Assembly (NCBI GenBank): GCA_018971685.1
Contig: JAGXAG010000006.1
Coordinates: forward strand, 62 to 64,061
Source of the DNA: Patescibacteria group bacterium
GTDB lineage: Bacteria > Patescibacteriota > Minisyncoccia > Phycocordibacterales > PALSA-1337
Reading direction: 5' to 3'
Length of the DNA stretch: 64,000 bases
Each line of letters opens with the position of its first letter. Position 1 is the stretch's first letter. The notes beneath the pieces are model-generated. The model ran no database searches. It was not told the DNA's origin and saw only the letters and a list, made by a program, of their open reading frames with translations. The position numbers and the translations under genes are program-made. This document shows positions 18,790-26,700 of this stretch, one piece after another.

Positions 18790-19476
18790 ATGCGCACTTC
18801 CGGCAATAAAATCAGCGGATTTACTCTCATAGAGATGATCGTCGCTCTCGGCTTATTTTCGGTTGTGGCGGTGATCGCTCTCGGTTCTTTGGTCAAGATC
18901 ATTTCCGCCAATCAGAAAGCGCAGGCTTTACAGGCGACTTTCACCAATCTCAACTTTGCCCTGGAGTCGATGTCCAGAGAATTGCGCATGGGGACCGTCT
19001 ATCACTGCGATCTTACCCCAAATACCTACCAGGGTTCTACTCTTACCGCTTTAGGGTGCTCTATCAACGATACTGCCGTCAATCAGAACAATCAGTATCA
19101 GAATCCTATGTCGACGATCGCCTTCTTGTCGTCTAGGGTCGGCACAGACCCGACAACCGGCCTGCCATGCGGCCTGGCCACAGCTTACCGGTTCGAAAAT
19201 ATCAGCGGGTTCATCCATCTGCAAAAAGCCGAACAGACTGCCTGTGGCACACCCATCGGTGATGCTTACGGTTATGCTCATTTTTATGATATCGTCTCGC
19301 CGAACGATGTGTCGCTCACGGATTATCGCATGGGAGTTATTACTACAGATTCTGTGGGTAATCAGCTTATATATCCGCGAGTGTTCATCAGGCTCATCGG
19401 ATCGGCCGGAGCCAAAGCGAATATAAAAACCGACTTTGATATACAGACGACCATATCACAAAGAGTGCGAAATTGA
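18790..19476 (+). CDS. Minor pilin/pseudopilin
   Basis: SGFTLIEMIVALGLFSVVAVIAL. Confidence 0.7.
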   Translation: MRTSGNKISGFTLIEMIVALGLFSVVAVIALGSLVKIISANQKAQALQATFTNLNFALESMSRELRMGTVYHCDLTPNTYQGSTLTALGCSINDTAVNQNNQYQNPMSTIAFLSSRVGTDPTTGLPCGLATAYRFENISGFIHLQKAEQTACGTPIGDAYGYAHFYDIVSPNDVSLTDYRMGVITTDSVGNQLIYPRVFIRLIGSAGAKANIKTDFDIQTTISQRVRN

Positions 19477-19479
19477 CCA

Positions 19480-20055
19480 ATGAACCGCAAACCGAAAACA
19501 ACTTATTACGGATTTACTATCGTTGAAACGCTGGTGGCTATCGCTGTGCTCATGATCGCCGTGTCCGGGCCGCTGGTCGTAGCCAACAAAAGCCTGGCGG
19601 CGGCCATATATGCCAAGGACCAGACTACCGCGGCATATCTGGCGCAGGAAGGTATGGAACTTATCAGGAGCGCGAAAGACAACGATATCGCGGCCGGGAA
19701 TGATTGGAATAATACAATAAAGGGCAATAGTACTTGTAAACAGAACGGTTCCACCAATAATCCGACCGAATGTGCGATCGGTGTCGATAGTAGCGGCTAT
19801 ATACAAACCGGGGGTTGCGGTATATTTACGAACAACTGTGTGTTAAAAGTTGGCAAGATTGCATATTCATATTATGACACTCTAGGTAACAACGGCATCT
19901 TTAATACCGCACCTAACTCTATTTTCACCCGTTATTTTTACATAACGCCGATCAGCTCAAACGAAGAACAAGCGACAGTGATAGTCGATTGGAATGAAGG
20001 ATCAGTGCCGAATGAAGTAAAATTTACCACTGAGATTACCAATAGCACGCTATGA
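19480..20055 (+). CDS. Minor pilin/pseudopilin
   Basis: YGFTIVETLVAIAVLMIAVSG. Confidence 0.7.
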   Translation: MNRKPKTTYYGFTIVETLVAIAVLMIAVSGPLVVANKSLAAAIYAKDQTTAAYLAQEGMELIRSAKDNDIAAGNDWNNTIKGNSTCKQNGSTNNPTECAIGVDSSGYIQTGGCGIFTNNCVLKVGKIAYSYYDTLGNNGIFNTAPNSIFTRYFYITPISSNEEQATVIVDWNEGSVPNEVKFTTEITNSTL

Positions 20056-20540
20056 TCTCCATGAACAAAAAAAGGAAACAATCCGGCTACGCTCTCCTCT
20101 TTGCGGTGTTAACCGCCGTACTTGTCATGGGCGTGGCGGCATTCATCTTGGGCGTGGCTAAAAAGCAGTATGCCATTTCAGCCATTGCCCGCGACTCCAT
20201 GTATTCTTTCTACAACGCGGACAGCGCCATTAGCTGTATAGAGCAAAGTTGGAACCCATCCGCTAGTAATCCGAGTGTTACTTGCGACAACAAAATCATA
20301 TCTCCGACGCAATCGCAATCAACGAGCCCGTTATTTTCAGGCAACCCCACAAGATATCAAGGAGCCATAGATTTTGACACTGCAGGGTGCGCATTATTCA
20401 ATATATGGGTCGGTACCGATCCTGTAACTAACAATCCCAAGACCGTCATTGAAACACGCGGTTACAATGTGTGCGGCGGCAATCCTTTGGCGCCTACCGC
20501 GACCGCTGTTGAACGCGCCATCCGCCTGACACAACAGTGA
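20052..20540 (+). CDS. PilX-like minor pilin
   Basis: SGYALLFAVLTAVLVMGVAAFILG resembles the PilX N-terminus. Overlaps the previous gene by 4 nt. Confidence 0.55.
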   Translation: MISMNKKRKQSGYALLFAVLTAVLVMGVAAFILGVAKKQYAISAIARDSMYSFYNADSAISCIEQSWNPSASNPSVTCDNKIISPTQSQSTSPLFSGNPTRYQGAIDFDTAGCALFNIWVGTDPVTNNPKTVIETRGYNVCGGNPLAPTATAVERAIRLTQQ

Positions 20541-20570
20541 CCGTTTTACACCGGTCCGACCGGTGTAAAA

Positions 20571-22838
20571 ATGAATGCCATGCCCAAAAAAGCCCCGAAA
20601 GAGGCGGTAGAACGCCTAAATAAGCTCAAAGAGGCGATAGAGAAGCATCGCTACAACTATTATGTGCTAGACCAAACCGAGGTCTCCGACGCGGCATATG
20701 ATTCGCTGGTACATGAATTGGCGGAAATAGAAGCGGAATATCCGGAATTATTCACGCCTGATTCGCCGTCGCAGAGAGTCGGCGGCGAGCCGTTGCCGGG
20801 ATTCAAGAAGGTCAGGCACGAAGTGCCGCAATGGTCTTTCAACGACGCTTTCACGCCCGAGGAGATGCGCGATTTCGACGCGCGCGTCAAGCGATTCTTG
20901 GCGCAGGCGGGCGCCAAGGGAAGCGGCGAAGACGCGGGCGCGCCAAGGCCTTCGTACACCTGCGAGCACAAGATCGACGGGCTAAAGATCGTGCTTACTT
21001 ACGAAAACGGAATTTTGAAACAAGCGGCGACCCGGGGCGACGGCACCGTCGGCGAAGATGTGACGGAAAATGTTAAGACGATCAGGTCGGTGCCGTTGCG
21101 GCTCCGTGAACCGATTTCGATGATCGTCGAGGGCGAAGCCTGGATAGCGAAGAGCACGCTCGAATCCTTAAATAAAACGCGGATTGAAAACAGCTTGGAG
21201 CCGTTCGCGAACCCGCGGAATCTGGCGGCGGGATCGATCCGGCAGTTGGATCCGAAGGTGGCGGCTGAGCGTAGACTGGACTCCTTTATTTACGAGATGG
21301 CGACGCCGGCCTCTCCCTCCTCGCCGCGACGAAGTGTCTCACATCCGGCTTCGTCTCGTTCGACACTTGCCGCCGGCTCGACGGTCGAGGCCGGCTTCCC
21401 GCGGACGCAATGTGAAGAATTGGAATTTTTGCGCCGCATGGGATTCAAGGTCAATAAAAACTTCGAGCATTGCAAAGACATCGATGAAGTAATCGCGTAC
21501 TGGGAAAAATGGCGCGGCAAAATGAAAGATCAGGACTACTGGGCGGACGGGATCGTGGTGAAAGTGGATGAACGGAAATATCAAGAGGCGCTGGGCTATA
21601 CCGGCAAGGCGCCGCGATGGGGCATAGCGTTCAAATATCCCGGCGAAGAAGTCACGACCGTCTTGGAAGACATCGTCTTCCAAGTCGGCCGGATGGGCAC
21701 GATCACGCCGGTGGCGGTATTGAAGCCGGTTTCAGTCGGCGGTTCGACGGTTTCAAGGGCGACTCTGCACAATGAAGATGAAATCAAGCGACTGGATGTG
21801 CGTATCGGCGACACGGTCGTATTGCGCAAAGCCGGCGATGTTATCCCGGACATCGTGTCGGTGGTGAAAGAGCTCCGGGTGGCGTCGAGCAAACCGTTCG
21901 TCTGGCCTTCGCGGGTGGCGGCTTGCGGCGGCGACGGCAAGATCGAGCGCGTGCCGGGCGAAGCGGCTTGGCGGTGCGCCGACCGCAATTCATTCGAGCA
22001 ACAAAAAAGAAAACTTTATTATTTCACTTCGAAACACTGCTTCGACATCGACGGCATGGGGCCGAAGGTGATCGATTTGCTCTTGGAGCACGGCCTTATC
22101 TCTTCGCCGGCGGACATTTTCACCTTGAAGAAAGGCGATTTGGAGAATTTGCCGCGCATGGGAACAAAGTCGGCCGATAATTTGATGCGGGCTATCGAGA
22201 AAGCGCGCACGGTTACTTTGCCGCGATTCATCGCTTCGCTCTCTATTCCGCAAGTCGGCGAAGAGACGGCGTATGATCTTGCGCGACATTTCAGTGCCAC
22301 TACATCCCCGTCCGTTGTGGAGGACCTTCGGGACACGCCGTCGGCGCCTGCTGGCGCCGCGGCTGGCTCTCGGCCGCCTTCGCGACCTCCGAGGCGTCCC
22401 TCAGGTCTCTCCACGACGGACAGGGCGACTATCCTGTTGCGTGAAATGTTTGCAGCAGGTGTCGATGATTTTGAGAAAATCAATGGAGTCGGGCCGAAAG
22501 TTGCGCAGTCAATAGTCAGTTGGTTTGGAAATCAGGACAATCGCCGATTGGTCCACAGATTATTGAAGCTTGTGACGATCGAAATCGAGAAAGAAATAAC
22601 AGGATCGGCAAACTCACTCGCCGGCAAATCGTTCGTCTTTACCGGCACATTGCCGACTCTGCAAAGGGAAGAGGCGCAAAACATGGTGCGCCGAAACGGC
22701 GGCAGTGTTTCGAACTCGGTTTCCAAGAAAACTTCGTTTCTGGTCGCCGGCGCCGACGCCGGTTCGAAATTGGACAAAGCGCGCGAATCGGGCGTCAAGG
22801 TTATTTCCGAAGATGAATTCTTGAAAATGATAGGATAA
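20571..22838 (+). CDS. ligA: NAD-dependent DNA ligase LigA, carrying two in-frame repeat-element insertions
   Basis: Adenylation motif KIDGLKIV, OB/Zn/HhH domains, C-terminal BRCT. At 755 aa it is about 80 aa longer than typical LigA. Confidence 0.9.
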   Translation: MNAMPKKAPKEAVERLNKLKEAIEKHRYNYYVLDQTEVSDAAYDSLVHELAEIEAEYPELFTPDSPSQRVGGEPLPGFKKVRHEVPQWSFNDAFTPEEMRDFDARVKRFLAQAGAKGSGEDAGAPRPSYTCEHKIDGLKIVLTYENGILKQAATRGDGTVGEDVTENVKTIRSVPLRLREPISMIVEGEAWIAKSTLESLNKTRIENSLEPFANPRNLAAGSIRQLDPKVAAERRLDSFIYEMATPASPSSPRRSVSHPASSRSTLAAGSTVEAGFPRTQCEELEFLRRMGFKVNKNFEHCKDIDEVIAYWEKWRGKMKDQDYWADGIVVKVDERKYQEALGYTGKAPRWGIAFKYPGEEVTTVLEDIVFQVGRMGTITPVAVLKPVSVGGSTVSRATLHNEDEIKRLDVRIGDTVVLRKAGDVIPDIVSVVKELRVASSKPFVWPSRVAACGGDGKIERVPGEAAWRCADRNSFEQQKRKLYYFTSKHCFDIDGMGPKVIDLLLEHGLISSPADIFTLKKGDLENLPRMGTKSADNLMRAIEKARTVTLPRFIASLSIPQVGEETAYDLARHFSATTSPSVVEDLRDTPSAPAGAAAGSRPPSRPPRRPSGLSTTDRATILLREMFAAGVDDFEKINGVGPKVAQSIVSWFGNQDNRRLVHRLLKLVTIEIEKEITGSANSLAGKSFVFTGTLPTLQREEAQNMVRRNGGSVSNSVSKKTSFLVAGADAGSKLDKARESGVKVISEDEFLKMIG
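21306..21394 (+). repeat. Palindromic repeat element family 1, copy A, inserted in frame in ligA
   Basis: CCTCTCCCTCCTCGCCGCGACGAAGTGTCTCACATCCGGCTTCGTCTCGTTCGACACTTGCCGCCGGCTCGACGGTCGAGG. About 90% identical to the reverse complement of 23150-23250. Encodes the low-complexity peptide TPASPSSPRRSVSHPASSRSTLAAGSTVEAGFP. Confidence 0.7.
22307..22425 (+). repeat. Palindromic repeat element, a different family, also inserted in frame in ligA
   Basis: Imperfect terminal inverted repeats CCCGTCCGTTGTGGAGGA ... TCTCCACGACGGACAGGG. Encodes a roughly 40 aa Pro/Ser/Arg-rich insert between the HhH region and FAAGVDDFEKINGVG. Confidence 0.55.
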
Positions 22839-22854
22839 GTGGTAGAATCGCATC

Positions 22855-23148
22855 ATGATAACCGAAAAAGAACTTGAACGCCTGGCGATTCTGGCCAGAA
22901 TAAAATTGTCGGAAGGCGACAAAAAGTCGCTGGTCAAGGAATTCGACTCGATTTTGGGCTATATCGACCAATTAAAGAAAGTTGAGGTTTCCCTCGACGC
23001 TTCCGCGCGCGTCGGATCCGTCAAGAATGTTACCAGGCCCGATGTTGTCGAAAATACCAGCCGAGAAGATCGTGAGCGATTGTTGAACGAAGCGCCCGAC
23101 CGCCAAGGCGATTTTATTGCTGTGAAAAAAATCTTGAATAACACTTAG
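22855..23148 (+). CDS. gatC: Asp-tRNA(Asn)/Glu-tRNA(Gln) amidotransferase subunit C
   Basis: 97 aa, LERLAILARIKLSEGDKKSL...ILGYIDQLKKV pattern, immediately upstream of gatA. Confidence 0.75.
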   Translation: MITEKELERLAILARIKLSEGDKKSLVKEFDSILGYIDQLKKVEVSLDASARVGSVKNVTRPDVVENTSREDRERLLNEAPDRQGDFIAVKKILNNT

Positions 23149-23149
23149 A

Positions 23150-23250
23150 TTCGCGCCAGCCGCCTCGACCGTCGAGCCGGCGACAAGTGTCGAACGAGGC
23201 GAAGCCGAATGTGAGACGCTTCGTCGCGCCGAGGAGGGAGAGGTGGCGGT
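23150..23250 (-). repeat. Palindromic repeat element family 1, copy B (reverse orientation), in the gatC-gatA spacer
   Basis: The reverse complement matches the ligA copy at 21306-21394 with about 90% identity. Confidence 0.7.
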
Positions 23251-23277
23251 CGAATTACCCAAGTTGAATTAATTAAA

Positions 23278-24726
23278 ATGAAAATCGATTTGAAATCACT
23301 CACGATCAAAAAAGCCTCCGATCACTTGAAAAAAGGCGATTTTTCCGCCGTTGAATTGACCCAAGCATACCATGATGAAATCACCAAGAAGAACAAGGAC
23401 ATTAACGCCTACCTGGAAGTTTTCGACGACGCTCTGGATGCCGCCAAGCAGGCCGATGAAAAGATCGCCGACGCCCGGAAAACCCGCAAGGAAATAAGCC
23501 CGCTTGCCGGCATTCCATGCGGCGTGAAAGACAACATCCTCATAAAAGGCAAAATCGCCAGCGCCGCTTCCAAAATCCTGGAAAATTATCATGCCACTTA
23601 TGACGCCACCGTTATAAAAAAATTAGCCGCGAATGGCGCCGTATTTCTCGGCCGCACCAACATGGATGAATTCGCCATGGGCGGCTCGACCGAGAATTCC
23701 GCTTTCGGCGTGACCAAGAACCCGTATGATTTGGGCAGAGTCGCTGGCGGCTCTTCCGGCGGTTCGGCGGCGGCGGTTGCCATGGACGGCGCTTTGTTCG
23801 CCTTGGGTTCCGATACCGGCGGTTCTATCCGACAGCCGGCGAGCTTTTGCGGCGTGGTCGGATTGAAGCCGACTTACGGCGCGGTTTCCAGGTACGGCGT
23901 CATGGCCATGGGATCTTCGCTCGACCAGATCGGCCCGATCGCAAAAACCGCCTCCGACGCCGAGATCGTATTCAATGCAATCAAGGGCAACGATCTGAAA
24001 GACGGCACGATGATCAAGGATAACACTTATACCAAGAAAAGAATCGGCAAAAACAAGCCGGTTATAGGCGTACCGCGGCATTTTCTAGCCGGCGACGGCA
24101 TAGACCATGAAGTGTTAAAGGCGTTCAATGAAGCCGTTGATTTATTCAAGGCCAAAGGATATGAGATGAAAGAGATAAAACTGCCGAATATTTCCTATGC
24201 GCTCATGGTCTACTACATCATCATGCCGGCGGAAGTGTCGTCGAATTTGGCCAGGTTCGATGGCGTGAAATACGGCTTGCGCAAAAACGGCAAAGACGGC
24301 ATTGACGATTATTTTGAAACGAGGCGCGTCGGTTTCGGCCGGGAAGTGATACGCCGCATTCTGCTCGGGACTTATGTGCTGTCGTCCGGTTATTACGACG
24401 CCTACTACAATCGCGCCAACGCGGTGCGTCGGATGATTACCGGCGATTTCCTGAAAGCGTTCGAATCGGTTGACGCGATCGCCATGCCGACCGCACCCTC
24501 TCCGGCTTTCAAGATCGGCGAGAAGGCCAGCGACCCGGTTGCCATGTATCTGGAAGATATTTTTACGGTTACCGCCAATCTGACAGGCTTGCCGGCCATT
24601 TCGATCCCGTGCGGCTTCGCGGAAAACAGCGGGAAAAAATTACCGGTGGGCTTGCAGCTCACCGCGCGCCACGGCGACGAGTCGACGCTGTTTGAAACCG
24701 GCAAAGACTTTTTGGGCGAGTCGTGA
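23278..24726 (+). CDS. gatA: Glutamyl-tRNA(Gln) amidotransferase subunit A
   Basis: Amidase signature GGSSGGSAAAVA, Ser-cisSer-Lys triad context, 482 aa. Confidence 0.9.
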   Translation: MKIDLKSLTIKKASDHLKKGDFSAVELTQAYHDEITKKNKDINAYLEVFDDALDAAKQADEKIADARKTRKEISPLAGIPCGVKDNILIKGKIASAASKILENYHATYDATVIKKLAANGAVFLGRTNMDEFAMGGSTENSAFGVTKNPYDLGRVAGGSSGGSAAAVAMDGALFALGSDTGGSIRQPASFCGVVGLKPTYGAVSRYGVMAMGSSLDQIGPIAKTASDAEIVFNAIKGNDLKDGTMIKDNTYTKKRIGKNKPVIGVPRHFLAGDGIDHEVLKAFNEAVDLFKAKGYEMKEIKLPNISYALMVYYIIMPAEVSSNLARFDGVKYGLRKNGKDGIDDYFETRRVGFGREVIRRILLGTYVLSSGYYDAYYNRANAVRRMITGDFLKAFESVDAIAMPTAPSPAFKIGEKASDPVAMYLEDIFTVTANLTGLPAISIPCGFAENSGKKLPVGLQLTARHGDESTLFETGKDFLGES

Positions 24727-24756
24727 TCGCGCGCCTGCCGCGCGCGAACGATTTTT
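24727..24756 (+). terminator. GC-rich hairpin after gatA
   Basis: TCGCGCGC-ctgcc-GCGCGCGA followed by ACGATTTTTT. Confidence 0.5.
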
Positions 24757-24765
24757 TGCTATAAT
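24757..24765 (+). promoter_or_regulatory. Extended -10 promoter TGCTATAAT, abutting a start codon (candidate leaderless mRNA)
   Basis: TTTTTTGCTATAATATGgtcATG. The -10 ends one nucleotide before ATG 24766, and a second ATG lies at 24772. Confidence 0.45.
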
Positions 24766-25359
24766 ATGGTCATGCAACCTGCACTCGAGATCCCATACAT
24801 CGATTTCGGTTCATTCTTCAAGTCGATCGGCTCAGCCACCGTTGATTTCTATCCGCATTTAATCCAAGGCATAAAGGATGTAGCCGGCATACTGATAGGC
24901 ATTTCCATACCGTTGTCGCTCTTTTTCCTTATCGTCATCATCTACAGTACCGAGCAATTGAAGCGCATACGCAAGAAAGAGGCCGAAGCTTTCGACCTCA
25001 AGGTCGTGCCCGCATATGAAAAGACCGAAGGCGGCGATCCCGAAACCGCCAAACGCTGGCGGGACATTGTCGAGCACATTTCTTCGAACAACTCCAACGA
25101 TTGGCGTCAAGCTCTGATCGATGCCGACATTATTCTCGATCAGACGCTTACCAAAATGGGCTATCAAGGGCAAACCGTCGGCGACAAACTTCAGCGCGTG
25201 GCCAAAGGGGACTTCAATACGATCGACGACGCCTGGAAGGCGCACAAAGTCAGGAATCAGATCGCGCACGAGGGCTCCGGTTTCGAGCTCAATCACCACG
25301 AAGCCAAAAAAGCGTTCGACGCGTACCGCCGAGTGTTCGAGGAGTTTTATTACATTTAA
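24766..25359 (+). CDS. Hypothetical membrane protein
   Basis: One strong TM segment (ILIGISIPLSLFFLIVIIY), no recognisable motifs. Confidence 0.5.
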   Translation: MVMQPALEIPYIDFGSFFKSIGSATVDFYPHLIQGIKDVAGILIGISIPLSLFFLIVIIYSTEQLKRIRKKEAEAFDLKVVPAYEKTEGGDPETAKRWRDIVEHISSNNSNDWRQALIDADIILDQTLTKMGYQGQTVGDKLQRVAKGDFNTIDDAWKAHKVRNQIAHEGSGFELNHHEAKKAFDAYRRVFEEFYYI

Positions 25360-25386
25360 CGAGGACTAACCTCGAAGTTCTGCTTG

Positions 25387-25458
25387 TTGCGGGGGCCGGA
25401 ATCGAACCGGCAATCTTCAGGTTATGAGCCTGACGAGCTACCGTTACTCTACCCCGCG
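25387..25458 (-). tRNA. tRNA-Met (anticodon CAT) with a C1:A72 mismatch, possibly the initiator tRNA
   Basis: Cloverleaf CGCGGGG-TA-GAGT...anticodon loop CTCATAA...T-arm GCCGG-TTCGATT-CCGGC-CCCCGCA-A. No encoded CCA. Confidence 0.7.
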
Positions 25459-25549
25459 ATAATTACCAATAGTATTGCACACATGTCTAATCGGCGCAAT
25501 ATGTGATGTGAACATGACTCGAACCATGGTATACTACTAATTATACAAT

Positions 25550-26260
25550 ATGTCGAAGTTCGAATTAAAGCCTGAAGTCATCAAGCTGAGAAAGTCTGGC
25601 AAAAGTATTTTTGATATATCTAAAGCAATGAGAATATCCAAAAGTACCGCATCCATATGGTGCAGGAATATCGTAATGACCGTTTCTCAGAGAAATAATC
25701 TTATCGATAGAATGATAAAAAGCGGTCATGCCGGTCGTATCAAGGGGGCGGAAGCCAATAGAAATAAGAAATATATAGTGCAAGAGGAGGCAAAGGTGTG
25801 GGCGAATAAAACAGTATCGCAGATATCTTTGCGCGACAGATTGATAGCTGGACTCGCTCTGTATTGGGCAGAAGGTAGCAAAGCGGATTCCACTTTTGGA
25901 TTCGTCTTTGTAAACTCTGATCCCGTTATGGTCAGATTCATGTTAGATTGGCTTGTCGAGATCATGGATGTGCCAAAAGAGCAGATTACCGCCGCGGTGT
26001 CCATAAATATGATGCACAAGTCAAGAGATAAAGAGGTTTTGAATTTTTGGTCGCATCTGCTAGACTTGCCTTTAAGCTCCTTTTCCAAGACATTTTTTGC
26101 TTCCTCAGTGCGACGAAAGATATATGCAAATCACTCCAGACATTTCGGTGTGCTAAGATTGAGCGTCAGGAAAAGCAGTCGGTTGAAATATAAGGTAATT
26201 GAGATGATAAATGTGTTAAAAGCCGGTGTAGCTCAGGTGGTTAGAGCGAACGCTTCATAA
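25550..26260 (+). CDS. HTH-containing hypothetical protein whose last 13 codons are read from the downstream tRNA gene
   Basis: N-terminal HTH (LRKSGKSIFDISKAMRISKSTASIW) and a LAGLIDADG-reminiscent GLALYWAEGSK. The stop TAA is the tRNA anticodon loop CATAA. Confidence 0.5.
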   Translation: MSKFELKPEVIKLRKSGKSIFDISKAMRISKSTASIWCRNIVMTVSQRNNLIDRMIKSGHAGRIKGAEANRNKKYIVQEEAKVWANKTVSQISLRDRLIAGLALYWAEGSKADSTFGFVFVNSDPVMVRFMLDWLVEIMDVPKEQITAAVSINMMHKSRDKEVLNFWSHLLDLPLSSFSKTFFASSVRRKIYANHSRHFGVLRLSVRKSSRLKYKVIEMINVLKAGVAQVVRANAS

Positions 26261-26295
26261 GCGTTAGGTCCCTGGTTCAAGTCCAGGCACCGGCA
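26222..26295 (+). tRNA. tRNA with anticodon CAT, either elongator Met or lysidine-dependent Ile2
   Basis: GCCGGTG...anticodon loop TTCATAA...T-arm GGTCCCTGGTTCAAGTCCAGG, which resembles the Ile2 T-arm. Confidence 0.7.
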
Positions 26296-26418
26296 CAAGG
26301 TCCTGTGCTTATGGGCTTCGCATACAACAGTCACATATAATGCTGGTACGAAACAGGCCCGCCCTTTTCTTGTTTTTTATAGAATTTTTGATAAACTGAT
26401 TTTGTCCGATCTTTTTAT

Positions 26419-26493
26419 GCGCCCGTGGTGTAGCCTGGCTAACACGTTCCCCTGTCACGGGAAAGATCGTGGGTTCAAATCCCATCGGGCGCG
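26419..26493 (+). tRNA. tRNA-Asp (GTC)
   Basis: Anticodon loop CTGTCAC, acceptor GCGCCCG/CGGGCGC, discriminator G. Confidence 0.8.
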
Positions 26494-26514
26494 CAGTTCG
26501 TTTAAAATTCAGTT

Positions 26515-26587
26515 GCCAATGTAGCTCAGTTGGTAGAGCAGCCCCATGGTAAGGGGCAGGTCGCCAGTTCAATTCTGGCCATTGGCT
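26515..26587 (+). tRNA. tRNA-Thr (GGT), CCA encoded
   Basis: Anticodon loop ATGGTAA, acceptor GCCAATG/CATTGGC, followed by TCCA. Confidence 0.75.
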
Positions 26588-26614
26588 CCAGAATATGCGC
26601 GAAGTCGCAGACGC

Positions 26615-26687
26615 GCCAAAGTAGCTCAGTTGGTAGAGCACCGCTTTCGTAAAGCGGGGGTCGTGGGTTCAAGCCCCACCTTTGGCT
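26615..26687 (+). tRNA. tRNA-Thr (CGT), CCA encoded
   Basis: Anticodon loop TTCGTAA, acceptor GCCAAAG/CTTTGGC, followed by TCCA. Confidence 0.75.
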
Positions 26688-26700
26688 CCAAGGCAAATTT

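Noticed and set aside
22972-23262. 96-aa minus-strand ORF with a peptide similar to the ligA insert
   Set aside because: It is the translated reverse-orientation copy of the palindromic repeat between gatC and gatA. The similarity reflects the repeat DNA, not a gene.
25550-26260. Calling the HTH ORF a bona fide LAGLIDADG homing endonuclease
   Set aside because: The GLALYWAEGSK segment has the wrong spacing for the canonical LAGLIDADG motif. Kept only as an HTH-containing hypothetical protein.
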